From a virus (Duplodnaviria > Caudoviricetes): DNA of 31,825 nucleotides. The first letter of the stretch is position 1. Every line of letters begins with the position of its first letter. The stretch lies in the IMG/VR virus record IMGVR_UViG_3300020042_002633, positions 1-31,825 of that record, one strand, 5' to 3'. Position numbers and translations under genes: made by a program. Below are positions 22,984 through 31,825 of the stretch, one piece after another. The notes under the pieces are model-generated. The model searched no databases. It saw only the letters and a list, made by a program, of their open reading frames with translations, and had not been told where the DNA came from.

Positions 22984-24906
22984 TTAGGGGCCAGTAAAGT
23001 AACTGGCTACTTCATCATCAATACTTGTTGTTCCGCCAAGAAGACTTTTTCCGCCGCTGTAAAGATCTTTAAGTAGATCACTAACATTGCCGTAGCCTCC
23101 AGCGCTTGCAATAGATCCAGCTCCACCCAGCGCAGCCAATAAGGATCCCAGGTCGCTCATCTGGCCCGGTGTGTTGGTAACAGCGGCCATTGGCAGGCCA
23201 GACAACATAGCCTGCTGGAACTTTAACTGCTCATAGGGGTACAGTCGTTGCTTCTCAAACTCAGCCCTGTCAGCCGCAATTCCTTCTGAGGTAATCCCGC
23301 GCTGTTGAGCTCCACCAGCAAGCTGAGCATTGATGTTGCCCAGTCCCACTTGGTTCTGCAGACTAGCCAAATTAGCCTGGGTCTGAGCGGCCTGTAGCGC
23401 AGCTTGTTGAGCTTGGATGCCATAGTTGGCGCCAAACTGTTTTGAAGCTTCCGTAGCCTGCTGACCAGATAATCCAAACTGCGCCGCTAACTGGGATGCC
23501 GTCATACCCTGTTGAGCTCCAAATTGTTTAGATGCCTCTGCAGCTTGTTTTTCAGCAAGGGCGTATTGGGCAGCAGTCTGAGCGCCTGCCATACCTTGTT
23601 GAGAGCTAAACTGTTTAGATGCCTCTTCAGCCTGCTCCGCACTCAATCCAAACTGGGCCTGTAGTTGGGCTGCAGTCATTTTTTGTTGGTTTGCGTACTG
23701 TTTAGACGCCTCTGTAGCTTGCTGACCGGAAAGGCCATACTGAGCAGCCATTTGGGCGGCAGTCATTCCCTGCTGAGATCCAAACTGTTTTGCAGCCTCT
23801 GTAGCCTGATCTGCGCTTAGTCCGAACTGAGCTTGCAATTGGGCCGCAGTTGCCTTCTGCTGAGCTCCAAACTGTCGAGAGGCTTCTGTGGCTTGTTGAC
23901 CAGCAAGTCCATATTGAGCTGCTAGTTGAGAAGCGGTCATACCTTGCTGGGCGCCAAACTGTTTAGACGCCTCAGCAGCTTGTTCTGCGCTCAAACCAAA
24001 TTGAGCTTGCAGTTGTGCCTCTTGCACCTTACGCGCTTGCTCAGTGTTAAATTGAGATGCAGCATTGGTAAACGCCGTGTTGTATCCCTGGCCGGTAATG
24101 TTAGCCAGATTAGTTCCAAGGTTACGCTGAGCCTCTGCGTCCATGATGGCTTGTCGAGATCCGCCAAACGCACCAGACTGAGCCAACTTTGAGGCGCTCT
24201 GCATTTGGCTAATTTGCGCTTGGCGGCGAGCCTCTGCTATCTGCGGGTCAAGTGCAGCCTGCAAGTACGGGTTCATGTACTTTTGAGCCTGAGACGCAGT
24301 AAATTCCTGACCTACTGGAGCTGCATATTGGTTATCAAACCTTGTGTTTTGGTAGCTTTGAGGTGCAGCAAATTGGTTTTGAAAATTACCAGTTTGGTAA
24401 TCGGTGGGAGCTTGATACCTGTTTTGAAACTTATCGGCCTGATACGCCTGTGGGGCGGTGTATTGACTGGTAAAGTTGGTTGACTGGTAATCAGTAGGAG
24501 CTGCATACTGGTTTTCAAATGTCCCAGCTTGGTACGCTCCGGGCTGTTTATAGCTATCTGAAAAGCTTGCGTTTTGGTAGGCTGCTGGAGCAGAGTACTG
24601 ACTGGTAAATGTTGTTGGGCTGAAGGACTGTCCAGCCAAATTGGTCGCAACATTGCCAGCTGTCGTAGTTGCATTCTGGATACCTGCAGGTACAGTCAAG
24701 CCAGCCAAGCCTTTGAATGCATCGGTCTGTAGTTGCGATTCGCCTGAAGTAAGTGGGCCTGGAGCTACTGCATAATCTTCCTTAGCAAGTGCCTGGGCTT
24801 GCCCTAGCATTCCCGTGACATAAGGTGCTACCCAATTGGACAGACCTTGGGAGTTTGTTCCACCAGTTGATAGGTTGTTGTCAAGCGTAGATGCAGAAGT
24901 TGCCAT
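22984..24906 (-). CDS. Probable DNA-delivery (ejection/pilot) protein with two repeat arrays
   Basis: YMNPYLQ and GAFGGSRQA motifs; Q/A-rich helical repeats; Gly-rich hydrophobic C-terminal segment. Confidence 0.72.
   Translation of the reverse strand: MATSASTLDNNLSTGGTNSQGLSNWVAPYVTGMLGQAQALAKEDYAVAPGPLTSGESQLQTDAFKGLAGLTVPAGIQNATTTAGNVATNLAGQSFSPTTFTSQYSAPAAYQNASFSDSYKQPGAYQAGTFENQYAAPTDYQSTNFTSQYTAPQAYQADKFQNRYQAPTDYQTGNFQNQFAAPQSYQNTRFDNQYAAPVGQEFTASQAQKYMNPYLQAALDPQIAEARRQAQISQMQSASKLAQSGAFGGSRQAIMDAEAQRNLGTNLANITGQGYNTAFTNAASQFNTEQARKVQEAQLQAQFGLSAEQAAEASKQFGAQQGMTASQLAAQYGLAGQQATEASRQFGAQQKATAAQLQAQFGLSADQATEAAKQFGSQQGMTAAQMAAQYGLSGQQATEASKQYANQQKMTAAQLQAQFGLSAEQAEEASKQFSSQQGMAGAQTAAQYALAEKQAAEASKQFGAQQGMTASQLAAQFGLSGQQATEASKQFGANYGIQAQQAALQAAQTQANLASLQNQVGLGNINAQLAGGAQQRGITSEGIAADRAEFEKQRLYPYEQLKFQQAMLSGLPMAAVTNTPGQMSDLGSLLAALGGAGSIASAGGYGNVSDLLKDLYSGGKSLLGGTTSIDDEVASYFTGP
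23410..24018 (-). repeat. Seven copies of a 29-aa (87-bp) coding repeat
   Basis: Units of the AQLQAQFGLSAEQAAEASKQFGAQQGMTA type, counted by hand. Confidence 0.9.
24300..24609 (-). repeat. About seven copies of a 15-aa (45-bp) coding repeat
   Basis: FxxQYxAPxxYQxxx units; the last one is partial. Confidence 0.88.
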
Positions 24907-24915
24907 GATATTTCC

Positions 24916-27900
24916 TTAAGCAGGTAAGTACTTAGCCGCATTAGTATTAGCGGCAACATTTTTAGTCTTACGGCGAGTTTGCTGAACTCGCTTCATCATT
25001 TCATAAAGGCGTTGGGCGCCCGCCTCCGTAGAGCCGTTTCCAAGCTCAGAAACAATCCTGGCTGGGATAACAAACTCACCCGTTGCAAGACGAGCTGGTT
25101 GCTTTCGTCCGATTATGGCAGGAATGGAGTCGGAAACGCCATCTCCTGGGCCTTTTAACAGACGCCCGCCGTCAGAGTAAGAGCCAAGGTTGTATTGCCC
25201 TGGAACTGCTCCGCCGCGTGCCATACCTACATTAGGTTGGTCTTGCATATTTGAATCCAACGAATGCCCGCCAGTTGTGTACTGAGGAGGTAGTGAATTT
25301 GCGCCTCCATACAGCCCGTTAATTCCACTTTGATTCATGCCTTGGGCCATTAATGGATTCCCACCAAGCGAACCTAGTCCTGCAAACTGAGGTAGAGCTC
25401 CTTGGGGGGCAATCCCGCCTTGACCAATTGCTCCTTCTCCGCCGTATCCATAGCCACCTTCCCGCGAGGGATAGTTCATGCTCTGGTTTCCTTCAGTAGG
25501 AAGACCTGCAGAGACTTGACCGCCTTCAGCCATAACCACTTCCGACTCTACCGCTGACTCTGCAACAGGATCAGGAGTTCTGTTGTAGTTGACTGGGGTG
25601 AAGTAGGTAATCCCACCTTGGCCTGGACGGTAAGGCGTTGCGGCAGAACCCGGCCTTGTTTGGCTAACAGGAAGTTGCTGCCTTGCTGCTGAGTAAATAG
25701 GAACGGTTCCGGTGTAGGTATTGTTGTCTGTAGCTTTACCTTTATTCATAGACGCAAGCAACGCAGCGAGTCCAAGTGTTCCGCCAACAGCTGCAGTTTT
25801 ATTTTTCAGTAGGTCTGCTGCCTTTTTAGCGTCTGCTGCTTTTTTAGCTGCATCTAATAGGCTTATTCCACCTTTATTGATTCCAGCGGCTGCAGCCAAC
25901 TCTGCTGCTGTCAAAGTTCCTGCGGCGGCTTGTGCTGCACCAGCAGATCCAGGCCCAAGTCCAGAGGCTACAGCTTCATTAGCGGATGCTGCCAACTTGG
26001 CTGCTGCGGCATCTGCACCGGTAGCTGCGCTAAGGCCAGCAAGCCCTGCAGCAGCAAGAGTTTGTGTTGGTGTTAGCACCCCAGCTGCGTTTGCGATTGA
26101 TCCAACAGAGCCAGGAGTAAACGCGCCTGATGCAACTGCCTCATTTCCTACGGCTGTATTAAGTGTTCCACCGGAGGAAGTTCCACTAGCAACTTTATCA
26201 GCAGCGTTTAAAGCTGTATCAGTTCCGCCCGGCCCGCTAAATCCGCTTTGTGATGATCCGCCTGCGTCAATGTAACTCTTAGCCCCCTCCTCGGCGGCTG
26301 TGACCAAAGCTGGAGTAGCACCAGCTGTAACTACGCCAGCTGCTGCTGCCAAATCTGCTGCTGTTAAGGCGCCCGCTGCCGCGCCAGCAGCACCTGCAGC
26401 GCCAGGAGTAAACGTGCCTGAGGCAATCATCTCAGGGATAGATGCTAATCCTCCTTGGGTAGCGGCCCCAGTTGTTCCTCCGGCTAGTGCTCCTTCTGCA
26501 CCAAGTGTTGCTCCAGTTCCACCAAGAGAAGCAAGACCTGCCTCGGCAGGGATTGAGCCAACAATACCGGAAGTGGGATATGCCGCTAAGTCTGCAGCAG
26601 CTATTTCTGCGGCAGTAAGACCACCGCCCGTTGCTCCTCCGGCTAGTGCTCCTTCTGCCCCAAGGGTTGCTCCAGTTGCTCCAAGACCAGCTAGATACGC
26701 GCCCGCGCCTGAACCAGCGCCTGCAGCCGCACTTGCTCCGTATCCGGCAGTACCAATCAACGACTCAAGCGCAGCGGGAGTAAGTGCCGCCGTAGTAGCG
26801 CCAGCAGCACTAGCCAATCCTGGGAGGTTAGCTATCTGGGAGGCAGTAAGAGCGCCTTCCGCTGCTCCAAGAGTTCCTGCAGCACTAGCTCCAGCAGCGC
26901 CTAAACCAGCCGCCTCTGTAAGCATGGGGATGCCATAGTACATAGCGGCTACTGTTGCCGCCTCTTTTACACCTGGATTTTCAAAAAACTGTGTAGTTGC
27001 TTTTGAAGGATCCGCAATGAAATCGCTAACCCCACTGCCTATCTTGTTTAATATTCCACCAAGAAATCCACCACCGCCACTTTGTCTTTCAACTTGCCCA
27101 GTTTGCTTCCCTGATAAATCGTAAGTGTAGTAAGAGCCATCAGGGCCGTTTGTAGTAAAACCAGTGATTCCGCTAGGTGTATCTTCTTTATCGCGTCCAG
27201 GGCCAGTTTGTACTGTTGAATACTGAGGAAATAACTCACCAGAAGTAATCTTTGCCTGAATATCGGCGGGTAGTTGGTTAATCTGCGATTGTAGTTTTGC
27301 TCCAGCTATTTCTGAAGTATTTGGAGCTCTCCAAAAATCACCATATTCTTGGTTGCCACTAAGCGGTACATACACAGCCCCTGGAGTGTCCTCCGTAATT
27401 TTCATTGTTGGACGATCTTCACCGTCCCTACTCTGCTCGTAAGCGTCAAAATCAAAAAGTAAGGCTGAAGTGCGGGGGTCTGCTTTGGTTGCGGGTAATG
27501 CCGCAGAAGCTCCATTATCGCCATATTCCTCCAAATTTCTATTGGAAGAAGTTTCTGCTTGAACAACATTAGAACCCGCTGCGGGCGTAGTGTTTAAGCT
27601 CGCAAGACCATCTGAAGACCCCGTCTGCAGGGTATTTGGAAATTCTGGAGCGGTGCTTATCAATGACTGAAGCGAGTCTGGAAGAACTATAGGGCTACTT
27701 GGTAGGGAGAATCCCATTGTGGGTAGAGAAGCTGCTGCAGGCGTAGCGCTTAAGCTTGCAAGACCATCCAGGCTAGTGCCAATTCCCGCTGCGATTGCTG
27801 CTGGAGCCGCCTGTGTTTCTGTAGCCTCTAGCGCAGGAAGACCGACAATCTCGCGCATTTGGCTTGTAGCAAGATCCTTGTCCCCAGCTTTGAGGGCAGC

Positions 27901-29091
27901 TATGGCATCTGTCATAGTTGCTGGCTTAACTTCTTCCAATGGAGGAAGCCCAACGATTGCTCGCATTTTATTTTCTGCAGATGTCTTGTCTCCCGACTTG
28001 AGGTCGGCTATCGCATCTTGCATCGTGACTGGTTTTTCAGCCTCTAGCGGAGGGAGCCCCACAATCGCCCGCATCTTGTTTTCTGCCGCAATCTTGTCTC
28101 CAGTTTTGAGGTCAGCTATTGCATCTTGCATCGTGACTGGCGCAATTGAGGCTAATCCTGCTGTAGCAGGGGTATCTCTAGACGACGGAGTAGTTGTATC
28201 GCCGCCGCCATCTACATCGTAGTTGTCATTACTAGAAGTTTCAGGAGCTAACGGAGGAAGGCCAACAATCTGCCTCTGTAAGTTGGTAGCAAGCTCTTTA
28301 TTTCCAGCTTTAAGAGCAGCCATGACATCTGCCATAGTTGGCTCTGCTTTTGCAGGCGCTAGGGAGGCTAGGCCAGCAGACTGAGCAAGGGCATTGGCTT
28401 CACCAGATGTCTGTAAATTAGCCGGAGCAGCAGGGCCAACCTCATCTGCTGCAATAGTAGTTGGTACTTTTGATGCTGCAAGAGAGCCAAGACCTTCACG
28501 CATTCCGCCGGATTTGTCCGCATACTGAAGGATAGGGCCAACTTCTTTTGGCGGAACAGGCCCAACGGGCATAGTAGGCATAGTAGGCATAGCGGGCTGA
28601 ACAGGCATAACAGCCTCAACAGGCATAGCAGGCTGAACAGGCCGAACGGGTTCATTAGAACCAACAGGCTGAGATGGTTGCGGAGAGGCCCCAACCGGTT
28701 GAGATGGTTGGGGAGGTTGCGGAAATTGAGGAGACGGCGGAACAGGTGTGTTTAGCAAAACATTGCCAGAAGCGCTGTCTTTTATGTACGCTTCAGCAGC
28801 CGCAGTTTTACTTGGGTATTTTAATCGGTAAGTTTTAAACGTAGTTGCATCAGGAAAACCCCAGGCCCTAGCTGCTTTATCTGTTTCAAAAGCCGTAAAG
28901 TCATCGTTATATTTTTCTTGAGTTGCAGCATCAGGCCAGCCAAGATTCTGTGCAATCTTGTCCGGGGTAAGGTATTTCATCGTCTCATACCTATGAGCAT
29001 CTCCACTATATTGTTGCCATGTAGCATAGTCAGGAAACCCGGCATTTTTTGCCATATTTTCTACATAGGCTTGAGCTTCTTGTGGCGTCAT
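24916..29091 (-). CDS. Large Ala/Gly/Pro-rich probable internal virion protein
   Basis: Several internal repeats. The C-terminus has MAEGGQV, MARGGAV and GGRLLKGPGDGVSDSIPA...RLATGEFVIPA, a motif type seen in tape-measure and virion proteins. Confidence 0.7.
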   Translation of the reverse strand: MTPQEAQAYVENMAKNAGFPDYATWQQYSGDAHRYETMKYLTPDKIAQNLGWPDAATQEKYNDDFTAFETDKAARAWGFPDATTFKTYRLKYPSKTAAAEAYIKDSASGNVLLNTPVPPSPQFPQPPQPSQPVGASPQPSQPVGSNEPVRPVQPAMPVEAVMPVQPAMPTMPTMPVGPVPPKEVGPILQYADKSGGMREGLGSLAASKVPTTIAADEVGPAAPANLQTSGEANALAQSAGLASLAPAKAEPTMADVMAALKAGNKELATNLQRQIVGLPPLAPETSSNDNYDVDGGGDTTTPSSRDTPATAGLASIAPVTMQDAIADLKTGDKIAAENKMRAIVGLPPLEAEKPVTMQDAIADLKSGDKTSAENKMRAIVGLPPLEEVKPATMTDAIAALKAGDKDLATSQMREIVGLPALEATETQAAPAAIAAGIGTSLDGLASLSATPAAASLPTMGFSLPSSPIVLPDSLQSLISTAPEFPNTLQTGSSDGLASLNTTPAAGSNVVQAETSSNRNLEEYGDNGASAALPATKADPRTSALLFDFDAYEQSRDGEDRPTMKITEDTPGAVYVPLSGNQEYGDFWRAPNTSEIAGAKLQSQINQLPADIQAKITSGELFPQYSTVQTGPGRDKEDTPSGITGFTTNGPDGSYYTYDLSGKQTGQVERQSGGGGFLGGILNKIGSGVSDFIADPSKATTQFFENPGVKEAATVAAMYYGIPMLTEAAGLGAAGASAAGTLGAAEGALTASQIANLPGLASAAGATTAALTPAALESLIGTAGYGASAAAGAGSGAGAYLAGLGATGATLGAEGALAGGATGGGLTAAEIAAADLAAYPTSGIVGSIPAEAGLASLGGTGATLGAEGALAGGTTGAATQGGLASIPEMIASGTFTPGAAGAAGAAAGALTAADLAAAAGVVTAGATPALVTAAEEGAKSYIDAGGSSQSGFSGPGGTDTALNAADKVASGTSSGGTLNTAVGNEAVASGAFTPGSVGSIANAAGVLTPTQTLAAAGLAGLSAATGADAAAAKLAASANEAVASGLGPGSAGAAQAAAGTLTAAELAAAAGINKGGISLLDAAKKAADAKKAADLLKNKTAAVGGTLGLAALLASMNKGKATDNNTYTGTVPIYSAARQQLPVSQTRPGSAATPYRPGQGGITYFTPVNYNRTPDPVAESAVESEVVMAEGGQVSAGLPTEGNQSMNYPSREGGYGYGGEGAIGQGGIAPQGALPQFAGLGSLGGNPLMAQGMNQSGINGLYGGANSLPPQYTTGGHSLDSNMQDQPNVGMARGGAVPGQYNLGSYSDGGRLLKGPGDGVSDSIPAIIGRKQPARLATGEFVIPARIVSELGNGSTEAGAQRLYEMMKRVQQTRRKTKNVAANTNAAKYLPA
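27817..28341 (-). repeat. Three tandem 36-aa (108-bp) repeats plus one separated divergent copy
   Basis: PVTMQDAIADLKTGDKIAAENKMRAIVGLPPLEAEK-type units start at 28140, 28032 and 27924, with a divergent copy near 28341. Confidence 0.88.
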
Positions 29092-29139
29092 GTTAGACCT
29101 TCACTTTCAATACGTTATTAGCGGTGGTTATAGGGCTTC

Positions 29140-29772
29140 TCATGGCAGTGCTGAGACAAAGCTTATAGTAGCTACCACAGACTGCGTGGATGGCTTGGTT
29201 GGTGTACCAGAGGCAGCAATGTGTTGAATAGATACTGCTGTGCTAGGTATAGACCAGTAAATTTCAACATGGTCATTTGCCGCCATACTTATAAAATAGT
29301 TCCAGCCAATAATTGTGTGTCCATTGGTTCCGGCGTGTCTGTTTGGAACAGATACAAAACCAGTCGAGCCCGATATATCTACTCCGTTTTGGCGTAGCCA
29401 GATGTAGACATCTTGAAAAGCTGTGTCCGTGTTTTGAAACTGGGCGCTGAACTGTAGGTTGTATATACCGGCAGTGGCTACTGTAATTTCAGAAGCTGCA
29501 ATACTCACACCATTGGCAAAATCCGTGGTGTTCAGCGTCATTAACGTGGCTGTGTTTGCTACGGCGGTCTGATCTTGATCGCTTGAAAACGCTCCATACG
29601 GAACTGACAGGGTATTTAACTGACCAATGATCTTATCAAGCTGGTTGAAGTACAGCCGCAGGATGTTGTTCAGTTGGTTAAGATACTGGGGTTTATAGTC
29701 ACCGGGAGCGTTGGGTAGCCGTGGGGCTACCACTCGGCTTACCTCGTTGGTAGACGTGACGATCAATGTCAT
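29140..29772 (-). CDS. Tail-associated protein with C1q/TNF-like beta-sandwich domain
   Basis: N-terminal PRLP.AP..Y...L...LRLYFNQL helix, then YGAF...ITVATAGIYNLQFSAQF...DHVEIYW. Confidence 0.7.
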   Translation of the reverse strand: MTLIVTSTNEVSRVVAPRLPNAPGDYKPQYLNQLNNILRLYFNQLDKIIGQLNTLSVPYGAFSSDQDQTAVANTATLMTLNTTDFANGVSIAASEITVATAGIYNLQFSAQFQNTDTAFQDVYIWLRQNGVDISGSTGFVSVPNRHAGTNGHTIIGWNYFISMAANDHVEIYWSIPSTAVSIQHIAASGTPTKPSTQSVVATISFVSALP

Positions 29773-29774
29773 GC

Positions 29775-31825
29775 TTATCTCCGTCCGTCAGGGCGAATAT
29801 CAATCCTAGGGCTACCTAGCTGCCATTGCGTACCTAACTGGTTAGAGCTAATCTTCATAGACATCTGGCGCCCGCGAACCCGAATGTCTACTTGGCCGTT
29901 GTAGGTGTCCAGGTCAATGGGGTAAGTCTGAGTGGCTGTAACCGCCTGAGATGCCTCTGCGTTAGTCCCACCTACGGATTTAGGTACGTTGTAGCCAGAG
30001 CCGGAGTTCTTTAAAGGAAGTAGCTGCATAGTAAGACTAGGAATTGTCCCATCCGTAGACCCCCTAAAGGTCAAGTCGGGCAGCATACGCCAGACAAACG
30101 CCATGTTATTTCCATCGTCAATGTCAAACTGTGCGCTTGTTATAGATGCCTCTATAGCCACGGGGACTGCCAATGTTCCATCGTCTACGCCAGATTCATG
30201 GTTGACAATATTCCCGGCATAGGTAGCAGCCAATGGGTAGTTCCGTAGTCCGGTATCCAGCCATGCTGTACGCGCCATAGAGCCGTAGTACCACACGTTC
30301 TCAATGTAGTTGTAGATCACATACCGGTCTATAGTGTTTGAGTTTTCCGAGCAGTAGAACCACCAGACTTCATTGAACCCCTCATTGGTGCTTGAGTACA
30401 CTTGCTCGTACTGCAAGGGGTTAATGTCGTTAAAGATATAGCGCCACAGATCGCAACTTAAAGTTTGTACTTGGCCGTCGTACTTGTAAAACTTGTCCAC
30501 ACCCATCCAGTAGGTCACGTTTGCGGCTAAGGCCATAGCATTGGGGCCTGCGATAGATACGTTGTCCGCAAGAAGCTGACTGCCCCACACAATAGGCGCG
30601 CCCAGGTATTGCATGGAGTACAGCGTTGAATCTGTCCAGACAAGTATCTCTTGCCGACTCTGCAAGACCGTTACGATCTGAGAGCCGTGAGAAAGACGAA
30701 GACTACCTGCCTGATTGGTAGCGGCTGGGCTCCACTCCACCGTTGACTCTTGGTCTGACCAGCGGACTAGCATTGGGTCAAGCACCGTGCTGCCAATTTC
30801 GTTAGTACCAAACACCAAAACAAACCGGCTGGCATCAGAGACAAGAAAACTGTTCTGATACAGCGGAACACTAGAGGCGCCGTAAAGAGCTGATACCAGG
30901 ATACCCCGTGGAGAGATGGAATGTATGCCGGACTGCGTTCCAGAGGTGTTTATAGACGCCCCGCCTGGGGTAAGAGCCAAGTTAAATGTTGTCGCTGAAA
31001 TGAACTTGGTATAGTAGGTAGTGCCGACTAACAAGCCCGTAGGCAGAGCGCCAGTAGTTTGAAACTGGATTGCAGTCTTATCCGGCAAGTTCAAGATGGC
31101 TGTCACAACTGCAGGACTTGCTATGGTTATGGTAATCGTAGAGGGGGTTACGCCGATATTGGCGTTCCAGTAGTACAGCGGCAAGCCCCGAGGGCCATAG
31201 AGCAAGTCTTGGCCGAAGTTGTCAGAGTTCCAAATACGAAGCGCGTCCGTTGTGCTGATGGTGTTGCCCCATGTACCGGAGCCCCATACGCCAGAACCCC
31301 ATCCTGACAACGGCACAGCGTACTCTGGGCCAACATTAACTTGGTAAACGGCATAGACGGTTCCCCCGCCCGTGGCTGTAGACGTAGCTGCTGATGCTGC
31401 AGTTATGGTGTACGTTGTAGCCCCGCTAATGTGCGTGAGCTGGTACTCCCCACTGATGGTAATCCCGCCTACAGCAGTAGCTCCAGTAAAAGTAACAAAG
31501 TCACCGTTTTTATATCCTCCTGCCGCATCTGCAACTACGACAGTGGCAGAGAGGTTAGTGGTAGTAAAGGGGTTGGTCAGCGTGACCTCAGCCCGGATTG
31601 GCGTAACGTCATAGTAGGATCCGCCGTTCTCGATGTAGAACTTTAGGTTAGTGCCCACACCCAGCAGGTTCTGCGACCCAAGAGTCACCCAGTTCCACAA
31701 AGAGCGGCAAACCCCTAGAAACGTAGATGCGGAAATGCGCTGCCAGCCACCGAGTTTCTCAGGTGTGCCTTGGCGAAACCGAATCTTGTCAGACTCGTAC
31801 CACCCGTTCTCATTGGTATAGCGCG
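29775..31825 (-). CDS. Tail tubular / packaged-DNA stabilisation protein (P22 gp10 / T7 gp12-like); start outside the window
   Basis: The frame stays open to the window edge (RYTNENGWYESDKIRFRQGTPEKLGGW...). Beta-propeller-like W/Y-rich segments, VRWSDQE, a C-terminal RVRGRQ...RIDIRPDGRR, and Thr-rich inserted domains. Confidence 0.8.
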   Translation of the reverse strand, partial: RYTNENGWYESDKIRFRQGTPEKLGGWQRISASTFLGVCRSLWNWVTLGSQNLLGVGTNLKFYIENGGSYYDVTPIRAEVTLTNPFTTTNLSATVVVADAAGGYKNGDFVTFTGATAVGGITISGEYQLTHISGATTYTITAASAATSTATGGGTVYAVYQVNVGPEYAVPLSGWGSGVWGSGTWGNTISTTDALRIWNSDNFGQDLLYGPRGLPLYYWNANIGVTPSTITITIASPAVVTAILNLPDKTAIQFQTTGALPTGLLVGTTYYTKFISATTFNLALTPGGASINTSGTQSGIHSISPRGILVSALYGASSVPLYQNSFLVSDASRFVLVFGTNEIGSTVLDPMLVRWSDQESTVEWSPAATNQAGSLRLSHGSQIVTVLQSRQEILVWTDSTLYSMQYLGAPIVWGSQLLADNVSIAGPNAMALAANVTYWMGVDKFYKYDGQVQTLSCDLWRYIFNDINPLQYEQVYSSTNEGFNEVWWFYCSENSNTIDRYVIYNYIENVWYYGSMARTAWLDTGLRNYPLAATYAGNIVNHESGVDDGTLAVPVAIEASITSAQFDIDDGNNMAFVWRMLPDLTFRGSTDGTIPSLTMQLLPLKNSGSGYNVPKSVGGTNAEASQAVTATQTYPIDLDTYNGQVDIRVRGRQMSMKISSNQLGTQWQLGSPRIDIRPDGRR

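Noticed and set aside
23410-24609. CRISPR-like or DGR-like repeats
   Set aside because: The units are degenerate in-frame coding repeats with no unique spacers, no adenine-specific variation and no reverse transcriptase or cas gene nearby.
25721-28222. Long plus-strand Ala/Pro-rich ORFs
   Set aside because: They are antisense mirrors of the Ala/Gly-rich 1391-aa gene.

Overview
This window is part of a tailed dsDNA phage genome. It is probably podovirus-like, and its small-gene families suggest a freshwater betaproteobacterial host (inference). Positions 1-4300 (minus strand) carry a tightly coupled string of small hypothetical genes leading into a ParB-like gene and an SF2 helicase cut by the window edge. 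Positions 4301-5079 are a non-coding control region with promoters, two structured RNA-like elements, a G-quadruplex motif, a 20-bp palindrome and a terminator. A PD-(D/E)XK nuclease gene at 5080-5394 faces away from a plus-strand operon at 5481-9647 (exonuclease, ERF annealase, SSB-like, RHH-like and DUF1364-like genes). Positions 9631-31825 (minus strand) are the virion module: a tail tubular/stabilisation protein, a C1q-like tail protein, three repeat-rich probable ejection proteins and a 3915-aa polyvalent protein (ART-like, N6-adenine MTase, strawberry-notch SF2 helicase, HExxH peptidase, LPD38-like). Four observations stand out: two same-strand +1-frame ORFs with their own SD sequences nested in linkers of the giant gene; two further copies of the control-region palindrome inside the giant gene just upstream of one nested ORF; an attenuator/antisense-like RNA architecture; and matched 7x15-aa and 7x29-aa repeat arrays in one virion protein. 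No tRNA, rRNA, CRISPR array, integrase or transposase was seen. All family assignments come from motif recognition by eye, not from database searches.
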